Source: Vulcanimicrobiales bacterium (GTDB lineage: Bacteria > Vulcanimicrobiota > Vulcanimicrobiia > Vulcanimicrobiales > Vulcanimicrobiaceae). Taken from it: DNA of 64,000 nucleotides. The stretch covers positions 96,001 through 160,000 of the forward strand of contig JBBRLI010000001.1 in assembly GCA_038231455.1 (NCBI GenBank), read 5' to 3'. Both the position numbers and the translations under genes were made by a program. Shown here piece after piece: positions 51,166-60,878 of the stretch. Position 1 is the stretch's first letter. The number at the start of each line of letters is the position of its first letter. The notes beneath the pieces were generated by a model. It made no database searches. It was not told the DNA's origin and saw only the letters and a program-made list of their open reading frames with translations.

Positions 51166-51657
51166 ATGGACACCGAGTCAACGGATCCCATGGGCGATTC
51201 GACCGCTTCAGCGGCGCCCAAGAAATCAACGCGCAAGAAGTCGTCGCGCAAGAAATCGACCGCCAAGAAGACGGCCGGACGCAAGAAAACCGGAGCCAAG
51301 AAGACCGCCGGACGTAAGAAAACCGGCGCGAAGAAAACGGCTGGACGCAAGAAAGCCGGAGCCAAGAAGACCGCCGGACGCAAGAAGACCGGCGCCAAGA
51401 AAACGGCCGGACGCAAGAAAGCCGGAGCCAAGAAAACCGCTGGACGCAAGAAAGCCGGAGCCAAGAAAAAGACGGCCGGACGCAAGAAAGCCGGAGCCAA
51501 GAAAACCGCTGGACGCAAGAAAGCCGGAGCCAAGAAAAAGACGGCTGGACGCAAGAAGGCCGGAGCCAAGAAAACGGCCGGTCGCAAGAAGACCGGAGTG
51601 AAAAAAGCCGGACGCAAAAAGGCCGGAGCCCGGAAAAAGACCTCGCGTAAGAAGTAG
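51166..51657 (+). CDS. Histone H1-like lysine-rich repeat protein
   Basis: GGGGAG SD; short acidic N-terminus, then K/R-rich repeats; own terminator; mostly synonymous variation between repeats supports this frame. Confidence 0.85.
   Translation: MDTESTDPMGDSTASAAPKKSTRKKSSRKKSTAKKTAGRKKTGAKKTAGRKKTGAKKTAGRKKAGAKKTAGRKKTGAKKTAGRKKAGAKKTAGRKKAGAKKKTAGRKKAGAKKTAGRKKAGAKKKTAGRKKAGAKKTAGRKKTGVKKAGRKKAGARKKTSRKK
51265..51630 (+). repeat. Coding tandem repeat, 11 units of about 33 bp (KKTAGRKK[T/A]GA)
   Basis: Eight 33-bp units, two 36-bp units and one 30-bp unit. Confidence 0.95.
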
Positions 51658-51670
51658 TTCGAGCGCTTAG

Positions 51671-51706
51671 AAAAAGAGCGTGATCCTCGCGGATCACGCT
51701 CTTTTT
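51671..51706. terminator. Bidirectional Rho-independent terminator
   Basis: AAAAAGAGCGTGATCC-TCGC-GGATCACGCTCTTTTT perfect stem between convergent genes. Confidence 0.92.
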
Positions 51707-51720
51707 TGTCTCTTTTTTGG

Positions 51721-52781
51721 TTACGAGAGGAGGGCGGGGCCAGCGGTGAGATCCGGCGCTTTCCCGCCGTGTTGCTCGACCCAGTGACACGCTGCTTGAT
51801 GGCCGCGTTCGTACTCGATGAACTCCGGCACTTCGGTTTTGCAGCGGTCGAACGCGACGGGGCAGCGCGTGTGAAAACGGCAGCCCGAGGGCGGATTGAC
51901 CGGTGAGGGAATGTCGCCGCTGAGGATAATCCGTTTGCGTCGGCCTTCGATTGCGGGGTTCGGGATCGGGATTGCCGAGAGCAGCGCCTGCGTGTAGGGG
52001 TGCAAGGGGTTGGCGTAGAGCTGATTGCGGTCGGCGATCTCGACGATCTTGCCGACGTACATCACGGCGATCCGGTTCGAGATATGGCGCACGACCGAGA
52101 GATCATGGGCGATGAAGAGGTAGGTCAGCCCAAGCTTCTGCTGCAGATCCTGAAGCAAGTTGATAACCTGCGCTTGGATCGAAACGTCGAGCGCCGAGAC
52201 CGGCTCATCGCAGACGATGAACTTTGGATCGACGGCAAGCGCACGGGCGATACCGATGCGCTGGCGCTGCCCCCCCGAAAATTCGTGGGGATAGCGATTG
52301 GCGTGATACGGCTGTAAGCCGACGATCCGGAGCAACTCTTGGGCGCGGGCCTCGGCGGCTTTGCCTGTTGCGATTTTGTGAATGCCGAGCGGCTCACGGA
52401 TGATATCGCCGACGGTCATGCGCGGGTTCAGCGATGCATACGGATCCTGGAAGATGATCTGCATCTCTTTGCGCAGCGACCGCAGTTCCGTGCTGCCCAT
52501 CGCGCCGACATTGCGGCCTTCGAAGAGAACATCGCCTTTGGTCGCGGGCGTGAGCTGGAGAATAACGCGGCCGACCGTGGTTTTTCCCGAGCCGGATTCG
52601 CCGACCAGGCCCAACGTCTCGCCGCGTTTGATGCCGAACGAAATGCCGTCGATCGCTTTGACATCGCCGACGTGGCGCGAGAAAATGCCGGCGTTGATCG
52701 GAAAATATTTGTAGAGGCCGCGGACTTGAACCAGCTCATCGGTCGCGGGCACGACGCTCTCTGGCGGGCTTGCGAACTGCG

Positions 52782-52785
<4 letters not shown>
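51721..52785 (-). CDS. oppF: Oligopeptide/dipeptide ABC transporter ATPase (OppF/DppF type)
   Basis: [41 protein letters not shown]. Confidence 0.92.
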
Positions 52786-53828
<1,043 letters not shown>

Positions 53829-53841
53829 TAAAACTCCCGGT

Positions 53842-53946
53842 GGCGGAGCGAGCGAAGAAACATCGTGCCTCGAATCAAATGATGCGGCGAGCTCGGACTG
53901 GAGGCCCCACGCAAAGCGTGGGGGGCGCGGAGCGTGAGCGTAGCGC
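53842..53946. repeat. REP-like intergenic palindromic element
   Basis: Hairpin CCCCACGC-AAA-GCGTGGGG (53905-53923) flanked by GCGGAGCG-type motifs; single copy in this window. Confidence 0.35.
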
Positions 53947-53975
53947 CGTTAAACAACGCTTATCAGCATTTCGGG

Positions 53976-54353
53976 CTATATGCCCGAAATGCTGATGAGC
54001 GTGGCAAAGATCACGAACGTGATGGCGACGACGGTCGTTACACGTTGGATCTGGCCTTCGAAGCCCAAGCGCCCTTTATATGCCGATTCGACGCGGCCGC
54101 CGAGTGTGCCGGTGAGGCCCTCGTTCTTGGTCGTTTGAATCGCCAGGAGCAGCACGAGCAGAATCGCCGAGATGATGAAAATCCCGGCGAACGTGTGGGT
54201 GAGCCAGCCGGCATGATCGGCGAGCCACGACTTCGGAACGAAGGTGTAGTTGAAGTTCTGAAGCGCGGTAGGAAGCGGGACGGACGTCGCCTTCGCAGCC
54301 GGCGCCGCAGCAGCGGCAACCGGAGACGCCGCAGCGAGCAGCAGGGTGATCAC
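53976..54353 (-). CDS. secG: Preprotein translocase subunit SecG with N-terminal extension
   Basis: TM-LAIQTTKNEGLTGTLGG...IQRVT-TM SecG pattern; GTG start after AAGGAG. Confidence 0.8.
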   Translation of the reverse strand: MITLLLAAASPVAAAAAPAAKATSVPLPTALQNFNYTFVPKSWLADHAGWLTHTFAGIFIISAILLVLLLAIQTTKNEGLTGTLGGRVESAYKGRLGFEGQIQRVTTVVAITFVIFATLISISGI

Positions 54354-54425
54354 GGTGAGAGTGGCTCCTTGAAGATAATCGTGCGGGATTGTATCACGCT
54401 CCCCCACCAGGCGTCCACGGATGGC

Positions 54426-56318
54426 CTAGGACGTGAGGGGTAAGGCGACTTCGATCGCCGCGATGCGAGCGGCCACGTTGTCAGCCGAGAGGCCGACGAG
54501 GGCACGCTGCCTAGCTTGGGTGCTGTGGTGAACGAGGGTATTGGGGACGCCGATTCGCTCGACGTGGACCCCAAGGCCGCGGTCGGCGACGAATTCGACA
54601 ACCGCCGAGCCATAGCCGCCCGCGAGCGAATGTTCCTCTAAGGTGATGAAGCGATCGTGCGTCTGCGCCAATTCGAGGATGAGCGATTCGTCCAGCGGCT
54701 TGGCAAAGCGAGCGTTCACGATCGTCGGCTTGGGACCGCCGGTTGAGGCGATCTGGTCGTAGGCATCGAGCGCGACATCGACGGTGTTGCCGTAGGCGAA
54801 AACGGCCACGCGTTCGCCGCGGCGGAGCACTTCGGAGCGGCCCTGAACGATCGAAGCAACCGGCTCGTCGTGGCGGCCGCTGGTCGTGCCGCGCGGGTAC
54901 CGAATGCCGACCGGCGTGCCCAAACTCAGCGCGTGTTCGAGCATCGGCGCGAGTTCGTATTCGTTGCGCGGCGCCATCAGCGTCATGTTCGGCAGCGTGC
55001 GCATGTAGGCGATATCGTACAGCCCCATGTGCGTTGGGCCGTCGTCGCCGACGAATCCCGCGCGATCGATCGCGAAGATCACCGGCAAATTCTGCACGCA
55101 GACGTCGTGTACGACTTGGTCGTACGCGCGCTGTAAGAACGTCGAGTAGATCGCGCAGACGGGTTTGAAGCCGCTGGCGGCCATCCCCGCAGCAAAGCAC
55201 ACCGCGTGCGCTTCCGCGATGCCAACATCGAAGTACCGGTCCGGGAAGCGTTTGGCAAATTTCGCAAGCCCGGTACCGTCGGGCATGGCCGCGGTGATAC
55301 CGACGATCTTCGAGTCTTTTTCGGCCGCCGCCATTAGCGCATCGGCGAAGAACGCCGGAAACGCCGGCCGCGACTCGGGCTTCTTCTCGATCTTCCCGTT
55401 CTCGATTTGGAACGCCCCAAGACCGTGGAACGTGCGCGCATCGAGCTCCGCTGGCTCGAAGCCTTTGCCCTTTTTGGTATTGACGTGCAAGAGCACGGGG
55501 CCGTTAATTTTGCGCGCGTTCGAGAGCACGTCCACGAGCGTATCGTAGTCGTGACCGTCGATCGGCCCGATGTACCGGAAGCCCATTTCCTCAAAGATTA
55601 CCGCCGCTTTGGAATCGGGCGAGACGAATTTCATCGCGGCGGCCTCGGCGGTCGAGAGCGCTTTACGCGCCGTCTTGCCGAGCGGAACCGCGCCCAAAAC
55701 GTCTTTGGTTTTTTCGCGTGCGAACGTGAAGAGCGGCTTGGAACGCAGCACCGAGAGATACGAGGCGATCGAGCCGACGTTCGGCGCGATCGACATCTCA
55801 TTGTCGTTGAGGATGACGATGAAGTTCGTCTTGAGGCCACCGGCGTTGTTGAGCGCTTCGTACGCAAGACCGCCCGTCAGCGCACCGTCGCCGATCACCG
55901 CGACGATCGTCGAGTGTTCTTTGCGCAGATCGCGCGCGAGCGCCATGCCGAGCGCCGCCGAAACCGATGTCGAGGCGTGACCGGCACCGAAGACGTCGTA
56001 CTCCGATTCCGTGCGCATCGTGAAGCCCGAGAGCCCGCCGCCTTGACGAATCGTGTTGAAGCGCTCGCGCCGCCCGGTCAGCAGCTTGTGCACGTAGCAC
56101 TGATGGCTGACGTCCCAAACGATTTTGTCCGTCGGGAGGTCGAGCACGTGGTGCAAGGCCAGCGTAAGTTCGACAACGCCAAGATTCGGCGCGAGATGTC
56201 CGCCGTTGGTCGAGCAGACCGACACGAGCGTCTCGCGGATTTCCGCGGCCAAGGTGTCGATATCGCCGCGACTCAGGGCGCGGACGTCGGCGGGTGAGTT
56301 GATGCGTTCCAGAACCAT
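54426..56318 (-). CDS. dxs: 1-deoxy-D-xylulose-5-phosphate synthase
   Basis: GGHLAPNLG, WDVSHQ, GDGALTGG..YEALN, DVGIAE, YSTFLQRAYDQ, DGPTH. Confidence 0.98.
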   Translation of the reverse strand: MVLERINSPADVRALSRGDIDTLAAEIRETLVSVCSTNGGHLAPNLGVVELTLALHHVLDLPTDKIVWDVSHQCYVHKLLTGRRERFNTIRQGGGLSGFTMRTESEYDVFGAGHASTSVSAALGMALARDLRKEHSTIVAVIGDGALTGGLAYEALNNAGGLKTNFIVILNDNEMSIAPNVGSIASYLSVLRSKPLFTFAREKTKDVLGAVPLGKTARKALSTAEAAAMKFVSPDSKAAVIFEEMGFRYIGPIDGHDYDTLVDVLSNARKINGPVLLHVNTKKGKGFEPAELDARTFHGLGAFQIENGKIEKKPESRPAFPAFFADALMAAAEKDSKIVGITAAMPDGTGLAKFAKRFPDRYFDVGIAEAHAVCFAAGMAASGFKPVCAIYSTFLQRAYDQVVHDVCVQNLPVIFAIDRAGFVGDDGPTHMGLYDIAYMRTLPNMTLMAPRNEYELAPMLEHALSLGTPVGIRYPRGTTSGRHDEPVASIVQGRSEVLRRGERVAVFAYGNTVDVALDAYDQIASTGGPKPTIVNARFAKPLDESLILELAQTHDRFITLEEHSLAGGYGSAVVEFVADRGLGVHVERIGVPNTLVHHSTQARQRALVGLSADNVAARIAAIEVALPLTS

Positions 56319-56354
56319 AGTAAAGGATTAGACGACGCCCGGCCGTAGACCCGG

Positions 56355-57005
56355 GTGGTGCAGCAGCGACCCCCGCCACCGACCCCGCTCCGGCCGGTGC
56401 CCGTCCGCTTCCGGGCGCGGGTCTGGACCGATGTTGCGCGCATCTTCTCGACGATCTGCAACCCGTTTCTCACGGCGCTCGCACTCTTCGTCATCTTGGC
56501 GTACCAAACGACCGCCACGCCCGTGGCGTTTTGGCTCCAGGTCCTTCAGAGTACGTTCTTCACCTCGATCGCGCCGATGCTCGCGATCTTTTGGATGTAC
56601 GCCACGGGCCGGATCAGCGATCTGGATATGTCGATCCGCGAAGAGCGCTCGAAAGTTTTCGGGATCTTCGTCGTCTTTTACGTGCTGGGGACGATCGAGC
56701 TCTACGTCACGCACGCGCCGAAGATCGTCATCGCGACGATGGCCGGTTATGCGCTCAGCTCGGTGCTCGTTCAGGCGATCACGCAGTACTGGAAGATTTC
56801 CACACACGCACTCGGCGTGACCGCACCGATCGTCGTGCTCATCGCGGTGTTCAGTTGGCTGCCGCTGCCGCTCTTAATTTTGATTCCGGTCGTCGGCTGG
56901 GCACGTGTGTATTTGCACGCGCACACCGTCTTACAAGTGATTGCGGGGACGATCCTCGGCGGAACCTCGACCTTCTTGCTCCTGCGTCTTTTCGGGTTGC
57001 CGTAA
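56355..57005 (+). CDS. PAP2-like membrane protein
   Basis: Multi-TM; WKISTHA and WARVYLHAHT..QV.AG motifs. Confidence 0.75.
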   Translation: MVQQRPPPPTPLRPVPVRFRARVWTDVARIFSTICNPFLTALALFVILAYQTTATPVAFWLQVLQSTFFTSIAPMLAIFWMYATGRISDLDMSIREERSKVFGIFVVFYVLGTIELYVTHAPKIVIATMAGYALSSVLVQAITQYWKISTHALGVTAPIVVLIAVFSWLPLPLLILIPVVGWARVYLHAHTVLQVIAGTILGGTSTFLLLRLFGLP

Positions 57006-57006
57006 G

Positions 57007-57543
57007 CTAGCGCGCGAGCGGGCGCGCTTGACGCGTGAAGAGCAGCGTCGGATCGCCTTTGAACGACGTAAGGAGCGAATCGCCGAATCCGCATTTTTCT
57101 GCGACGTGAATCGAGGCAAGGTTTGCGGGACTAATGATGCACGCGGTGCGCGCATCGGCAAGCGTCGCATCGCTCCACGCGAGCGCCGCGCGTACGGCCT
57201 CGGTTGCATAGCCGCGGCCAAAGTACGCGGGTTTAAGCGCCCAACCGACTTCGGGAATACCGACGATCGAGGGTTCGATCGGGCGTCGGTGATCGCCGAA
57301 GCCGACATCGCCGACGTAGTGACCGCTCGCGTTTTCCTCGACGATCCAGTACCCGTATCCGAGCAGCTGCCACATTCCGGCATAGCGCTGAAGGCGTATC
57401 CACGTCTCGTCGCCCGTCGAAACTCGGCCGCCGATATACCGTGTCACGAGCGGGTTTGTCCACAGCGCAAGGCAATCGTCAAAATCGTCGGCGCGAACCG
57501 CCCGAAGCGTTAAACGCTCGGTCGTGAGGACGGGCGTCTGCAT
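57007..57543 (-). CDS. GNAT N-acetyltransferase (RimJ/RimL type)
   Basis: TERLTLR, EVGW, GRGYATEA, N.AS..VAEKCGF. Confidence 0.92.
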   Translation of the reverse strand: MQTPVLTTERLTLRAVRADDFDDCLALWTNPLVTRYIGGRVSTGDETWIRLQRYAGMWQLLGYGYWIVEENASGHYVGDVGFGDHRRPIEPSIVGIPEVGWALKPAYFGRGYATEAVRAALAWSDATLADARTACIISPANLASIHVAEKCGFGDSLLTSFKGDPTLLFTRQARPLAR

Positions 57544-57544
57544 C

Positions 57545-58312
57545 CTAGACGGGGAGACTTTCGGCGTCAGCGACGGCGGCGTGCGGGTCGTTCATCCACG
57601 CGCGGACGTTGGTTTCGAACGCACGAAGATCGCCGTTGGTGAAATACCGTACGGTCCCATTGCCCGGCCTCGTGCAGAGGGCAGCGGCAACGTGCGCTTG
57701 AGCGATCGCCGGATCGACGATCTCCGTCTGTGCCGGTAACAACGCGCGAAAATGCTCGGCGAGCAGCGGATAGTGGGTGCATCCCAAAACGAGCGCATCG
57801 ATCGGCCCCGCGATCTGCGCGATCGCCTCGGCGACCGCGGCGCGAGCTTGCGGCGTTGCGGCGTCGCCGCGCTCGACCAGCGGCACGAGCGCGGGCGCGG
57901 CGATCTCTTGCACGTGAATGTCCGGCGCGTGGAGCGCGATCGTTCGGGCATAGGCGCCGCTACGCACTGTCGCTTGCGTCGCGATCACAGCGACGCGCCG
58001 GTGTGCGGTCCGCGCCAGTGCTCGCGCGGCGTTGTCGATCAAATCGAGTACGCGTTCGCGCGTCGTCGGCCAACCGTACTTTCCGCCGATCGCGCACGAC
58101 GTGTTGCACGCCATCACGATTCCGCCGACGGGAAAGCGTTCGAGAAAGGCGAGGTTCTCACCGAGCAGATGGACCAGATCCGCATCGGTGCGTTCGCCGT
58201 ACGGGACGTGCGCCTGATCGGCGAAGTACACGAGATCTTCGCTGGGAGCGAGCGCACGAACGGCCTTGAGGACGGTCAATCCGCCAAGGCCCGAATCGAA
58301 GAGTCCGAGCAC
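57545..58312 (-). CDS. murI: Glutamate racemase
   Basis: FDSGLGGLTV, PYG, ACNTS, LGCTHY. Confidence 0.96.
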   Translation of the reverse strand: MLGLFDSGLGGLTVLKAVRALAPSEDLVYFADQAHVPYGERTDADLVHLLGENLAFLERFPVGGIVMACNTSCAIGGKYGWPTTRERVLDLIDNAARALARTAHRRVAVIATQATVRSGAYARTIALHAPDIHVQEIAAPALVPLVERGDAATPQARAAVAEAIAQIAGPIDALVLGCTHYPLLAEHFRALLPAQTEIVDPAIAQAHVAAALCTRPGNGTVRYFTNGDLRAFETNVRAWMNDPHAAVADAESLPV

Positions 58313-60348
58313 TAGCGCTCGCCCGCCATTGACGCGGTCGCGGGCTGCGATCGCGTAAAGTCGCGCACGCCGTTTGCGATACCCTGTGCTACGTGTTGCA
58401 AAAACTCGGGCGAGCGCATGAGCGATGCGTCTCCGGGGTTGGAGATGAATCCCGTTTCGACAAGGATCGCAGGCATCGTGGTCTTTCGCGTTACGTACAG
58501 GCGGCCGGCGCGGGCGCCGTCGTCTTTGGTTCCAAGCAGCGGGATGAGGTCGCGCTGCACCGCATCGGCGAGCGGTTTATCGATGCCTTTCGAGTAGAAC
58601 GTCATCGTTCCGTTCAGATCGGCCCGCGGGAAGCTATTGATGTGCACGCTGATGAAGAGGCGGGCATTTTGCACGTTCGCAACGTCGACGCGGGCTTGAA
58701 GTTCTTCGGCGTCGGCGGCATTTGCACGCGCCACATCGACATCCGTCGAGCGCGTCATTTTTACCGTCCACCCTTGCGCGACGAGCAGCGCGCGTAAGCG
58801 CAGCGCAATATCGAGCGTGAGCGTCTTTTCGACCAGGCCATTGCCAAGCGACCCGGGGTCGCTGCCGCCATGACCCGGATCGATCACGATGAGTTTGGAG
58901 CCATTCGGCGGCACCGCATACTTCCACGGCGAGCTCGAGCCGAGCGGAGTTGGGTACGCAGACGCTGCCGGCGCGAACGTTTCGCCGGGATACGGCGATC
59001 CGAAACCGCTTGCGGGTGCGGTCGGCGGCACGCCGATGGCACCGCTACCGAATCGCGCTCCTTCGCCGAACGCGCTGCCGTCGATTGCAAGCGAAAGGCC
59101 GCCGTCGAGCGGGACGATTTCGACGCGCCGGTCACCTTTGAGCGTCACGGCGACGCGCACGATCGGAATTGGCGATGTCGCGACTTGGCGTGCGCGAACC
59201 GCATCCACGGCAGCAACGTTCGGGCGTTCGTCGCGACCCGACCCGCTGAGTTGTGCGTTTTTGAAATCGATGTACCAGCGATTATCAGCGAGGCGGTGCC
59301 ACTCGTACGATACCGGTCCGCTCGCCGTTACGCGCACGCTCACCCCATCACCGAGCGGATCGACACCGATGTCGGTGATGGTCACGGGTGCGTTCACCGT
59401 CTCCGGAGTCGCGGTTGCAGCGGGGGCCGATCCTTCGCTCGGCGCGTACGTTGCGGCGGCATTCGGCCCCGGCGTCGGCGCGAGCGTTGCCGCGGCGCGC
59501 GGCGTCCGCACCGGAATCGGGAACGTTTGCGCGATTGCTGGCTGCGTGATTCCCGGCGTGAACCACTCGGGGATTGCCGCACCGAGCGCCGTCCCCGACG
59601 GACCGAAGGCAACGGCGAATTCATTACTCGAGGGCGCGATTGCAAGGCCATGCGCAACACCGGCTGGGCCCTCGATCGTGACCGTGGTTGTGGCGTTTCT
59701 CGGGTTGCCGCTCACCAGCACATCGACTTCGTTTACGGCCCCGCCGTTCAGGCGGCGGGCCTGCGTGAGGGTCGATGCAACGCCGGAGAACGCGATCGTC
59801 ACGCGCTCGGGTGACTCGGAGATCTTCGTATACTTGAGCGGGATCGCGCCCCGGAACGTTAGCGTCGTGCGCTTCGCCTCGGTGCGTACGTCGAGACCGC
59901 CGAGCTGCGGCTGCAAGACCGTCTCGCTACCGATTTTCACCGGCTCGACATACAGTGCGCGCGCGAGTGCGAGAAACGGCACGTAGAGTTCGCCAGCCTC
60001 GAGATACGGCGCAAATGGAGCGCGCGTCGTCACGCCCCCGCCCGCGATCTGTGCATCGCCGATCGTGAGCGTGATCGTGCGCCTATCCGCCGTCGTGACG
60101 ATCGCATAACTTTGACCGGGCGCAAATGCAAGCGTTGCTCCGAGCTTGGCCAAGAATCGCTCGAAGCCCGCATCGTGAATCGGAGCGGCGACATCGCCTT
60201 TGACGGCTTGCGATCGCTCGAGAATCAGCTTGGTGCCGACGAACCAGAAGGCGCTCGCTTCTTGGGCACGCAGCGGCGCCGGCACGCAGAACGCGGCTAG
60301 CGTCAGCGCGAGAAACGCGCTACCAGCTCGAGCGCGAGAGCGGCTCAT
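58312..60348 (-). CDS. N-acetylmuramoyl-L-alanine amidase (N-terminal stalk/AMIN-like domains + Amidase_3)
   Basis: Signal peptide; IDPGHGG.D, EK..L, MTR, SVHIN, ILVETGFISN. Confidence 0.92.
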   Translation of the reverse strand: MSRSRARAGSAFLALTLAAFCVPAPLRAQEASAFWFVGTKLILERSQAVKGDVAAPIHDAGFERFLAKLGATLAFAPGQSYAIVTTADRRTITLTIGDAQIAGGGVTTRAPFAPYLEAGELYVPFLALARALYVEPVKIGSETVLQPQLGGLDVRTEAKRTTLTFRGAIPLKYTKISESPERVTIAFSGVASTLTQARRLNGGAVNEVDVLVSGNPRNATTTVTIEGPAGVAHGLAIAPSSNEFAVAFGPSGTALGAAIPEWFTPGITQPAIAQTFPIPVRTPRAAATLAPTPGPNAAATYAPSEGSAPAATATPETVNAPVTITDIGVDPLGDGVSVRVTASGPVSYEWHRLADNRWYIDFKNAQLSGSGRDERPNVAAVDAVRARQVATSPIPIVRVAVTLKGDRRVEIVPLDGGLSLAIDGSAFGEGARFGSGAIGVPPTAPASGFGSPYPGETFAPAASAYPTPLGSSSPWKYAVPPNGSKLIVIDPGHGGSDPGSLGNGLVEKTLTLDIALRLRALLVAQGWTVKMTRSTDVDVARANAADAEELQARVDVANVQNARLFISVHINSFPRADLNGTMTFYSKGIDKPLADAVQRDLIPLLGTKDDGARAGRLYVTRKTTMPAILVETGFISNPGDASLMRSPEFLQHVAQGIANGVRDFTRSQPATASMAGER

Positions 60349-60817
60349 CAAGCTCAAAGTGGCCTCCGGGAAGTGTTGCGACTTTGGCTCCGCCGATCGT
60401 GATGCGCACGGCTTTGATATTCGGCAGAGCGGTCAGGGTCCAAACCAGCGACTTGAATTCACCGTTTTCAGCAAAGCCGCCGGCAGCCGATGAATCGATC
60501 TCTTTTGAGATATCGACATGGATCGTCGAACCCTCAACGTCGACGGCATTCAGGTGCGTTCCAACGGGAAAACGAATCGCATCGACGCCCGGAGCGGGAC
60601 CCGCGAGCGCTTGGGTTGCGGTGTAAAACGCGACGCTCTTGAGATCGCGCGCAGAGCCGAGGCTCACTCGCCACGGCACCTCGCTTTGCCCGTCAAGTTT
60701 GGTGTAGTAGACGGTCACGGTATCGCCCGCTGCCGGCCGCTGACCGAACCACCACCACGCCGCATAGGCGGCGCCCGTAAAGAGTGCGATAAAAATGAGG
60801 ATTCGCAGCGATCTCAC
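60320..60817 (-). CDS. GerMN-domain protein
   Basis: N-terminal TM; L.GP...FP.GT.L, SLVWTLT.LP.I..V.I.I.G. Confidence 0.85.
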   Translation of the reverse strand: MRSLRILIFIALFTGAAYAAWWWFGQRPAAGDTVTVYYTKLDGQSEVPWRVSLGSARDLKSVAFYTATQALAGPAPGVDAIRFPVGTHLNAVDVEGSTIHVDISKEIDSSAAGGFAENGEFKSLVWTLTALPNIKAVRITIGGAKVATLPGGHFELDEPLSRSSW

Positions 60818-60878
60818 GGGATGAGAACTTCGGAGAAATGACGAGAACAGCCTGTGGACTTATCGGTGGGGGGCGTGA

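Noticed and set aside
51265-51630. 33-bp periodic repeat resembling a CRISPR array
   Set aside because: No unique spacers, lengths are multiples of 3, variation is mostly synonymous, and no cas genes are present; it is a coding repeat.
51006-51790. Alternative-frame repeat ORFs (FLRPAV, RKPEPR, SWLRLSCV)
   Set aside because: Frame shadows of the lysine-rich gene, which alone has the SD, promoter and terminator.
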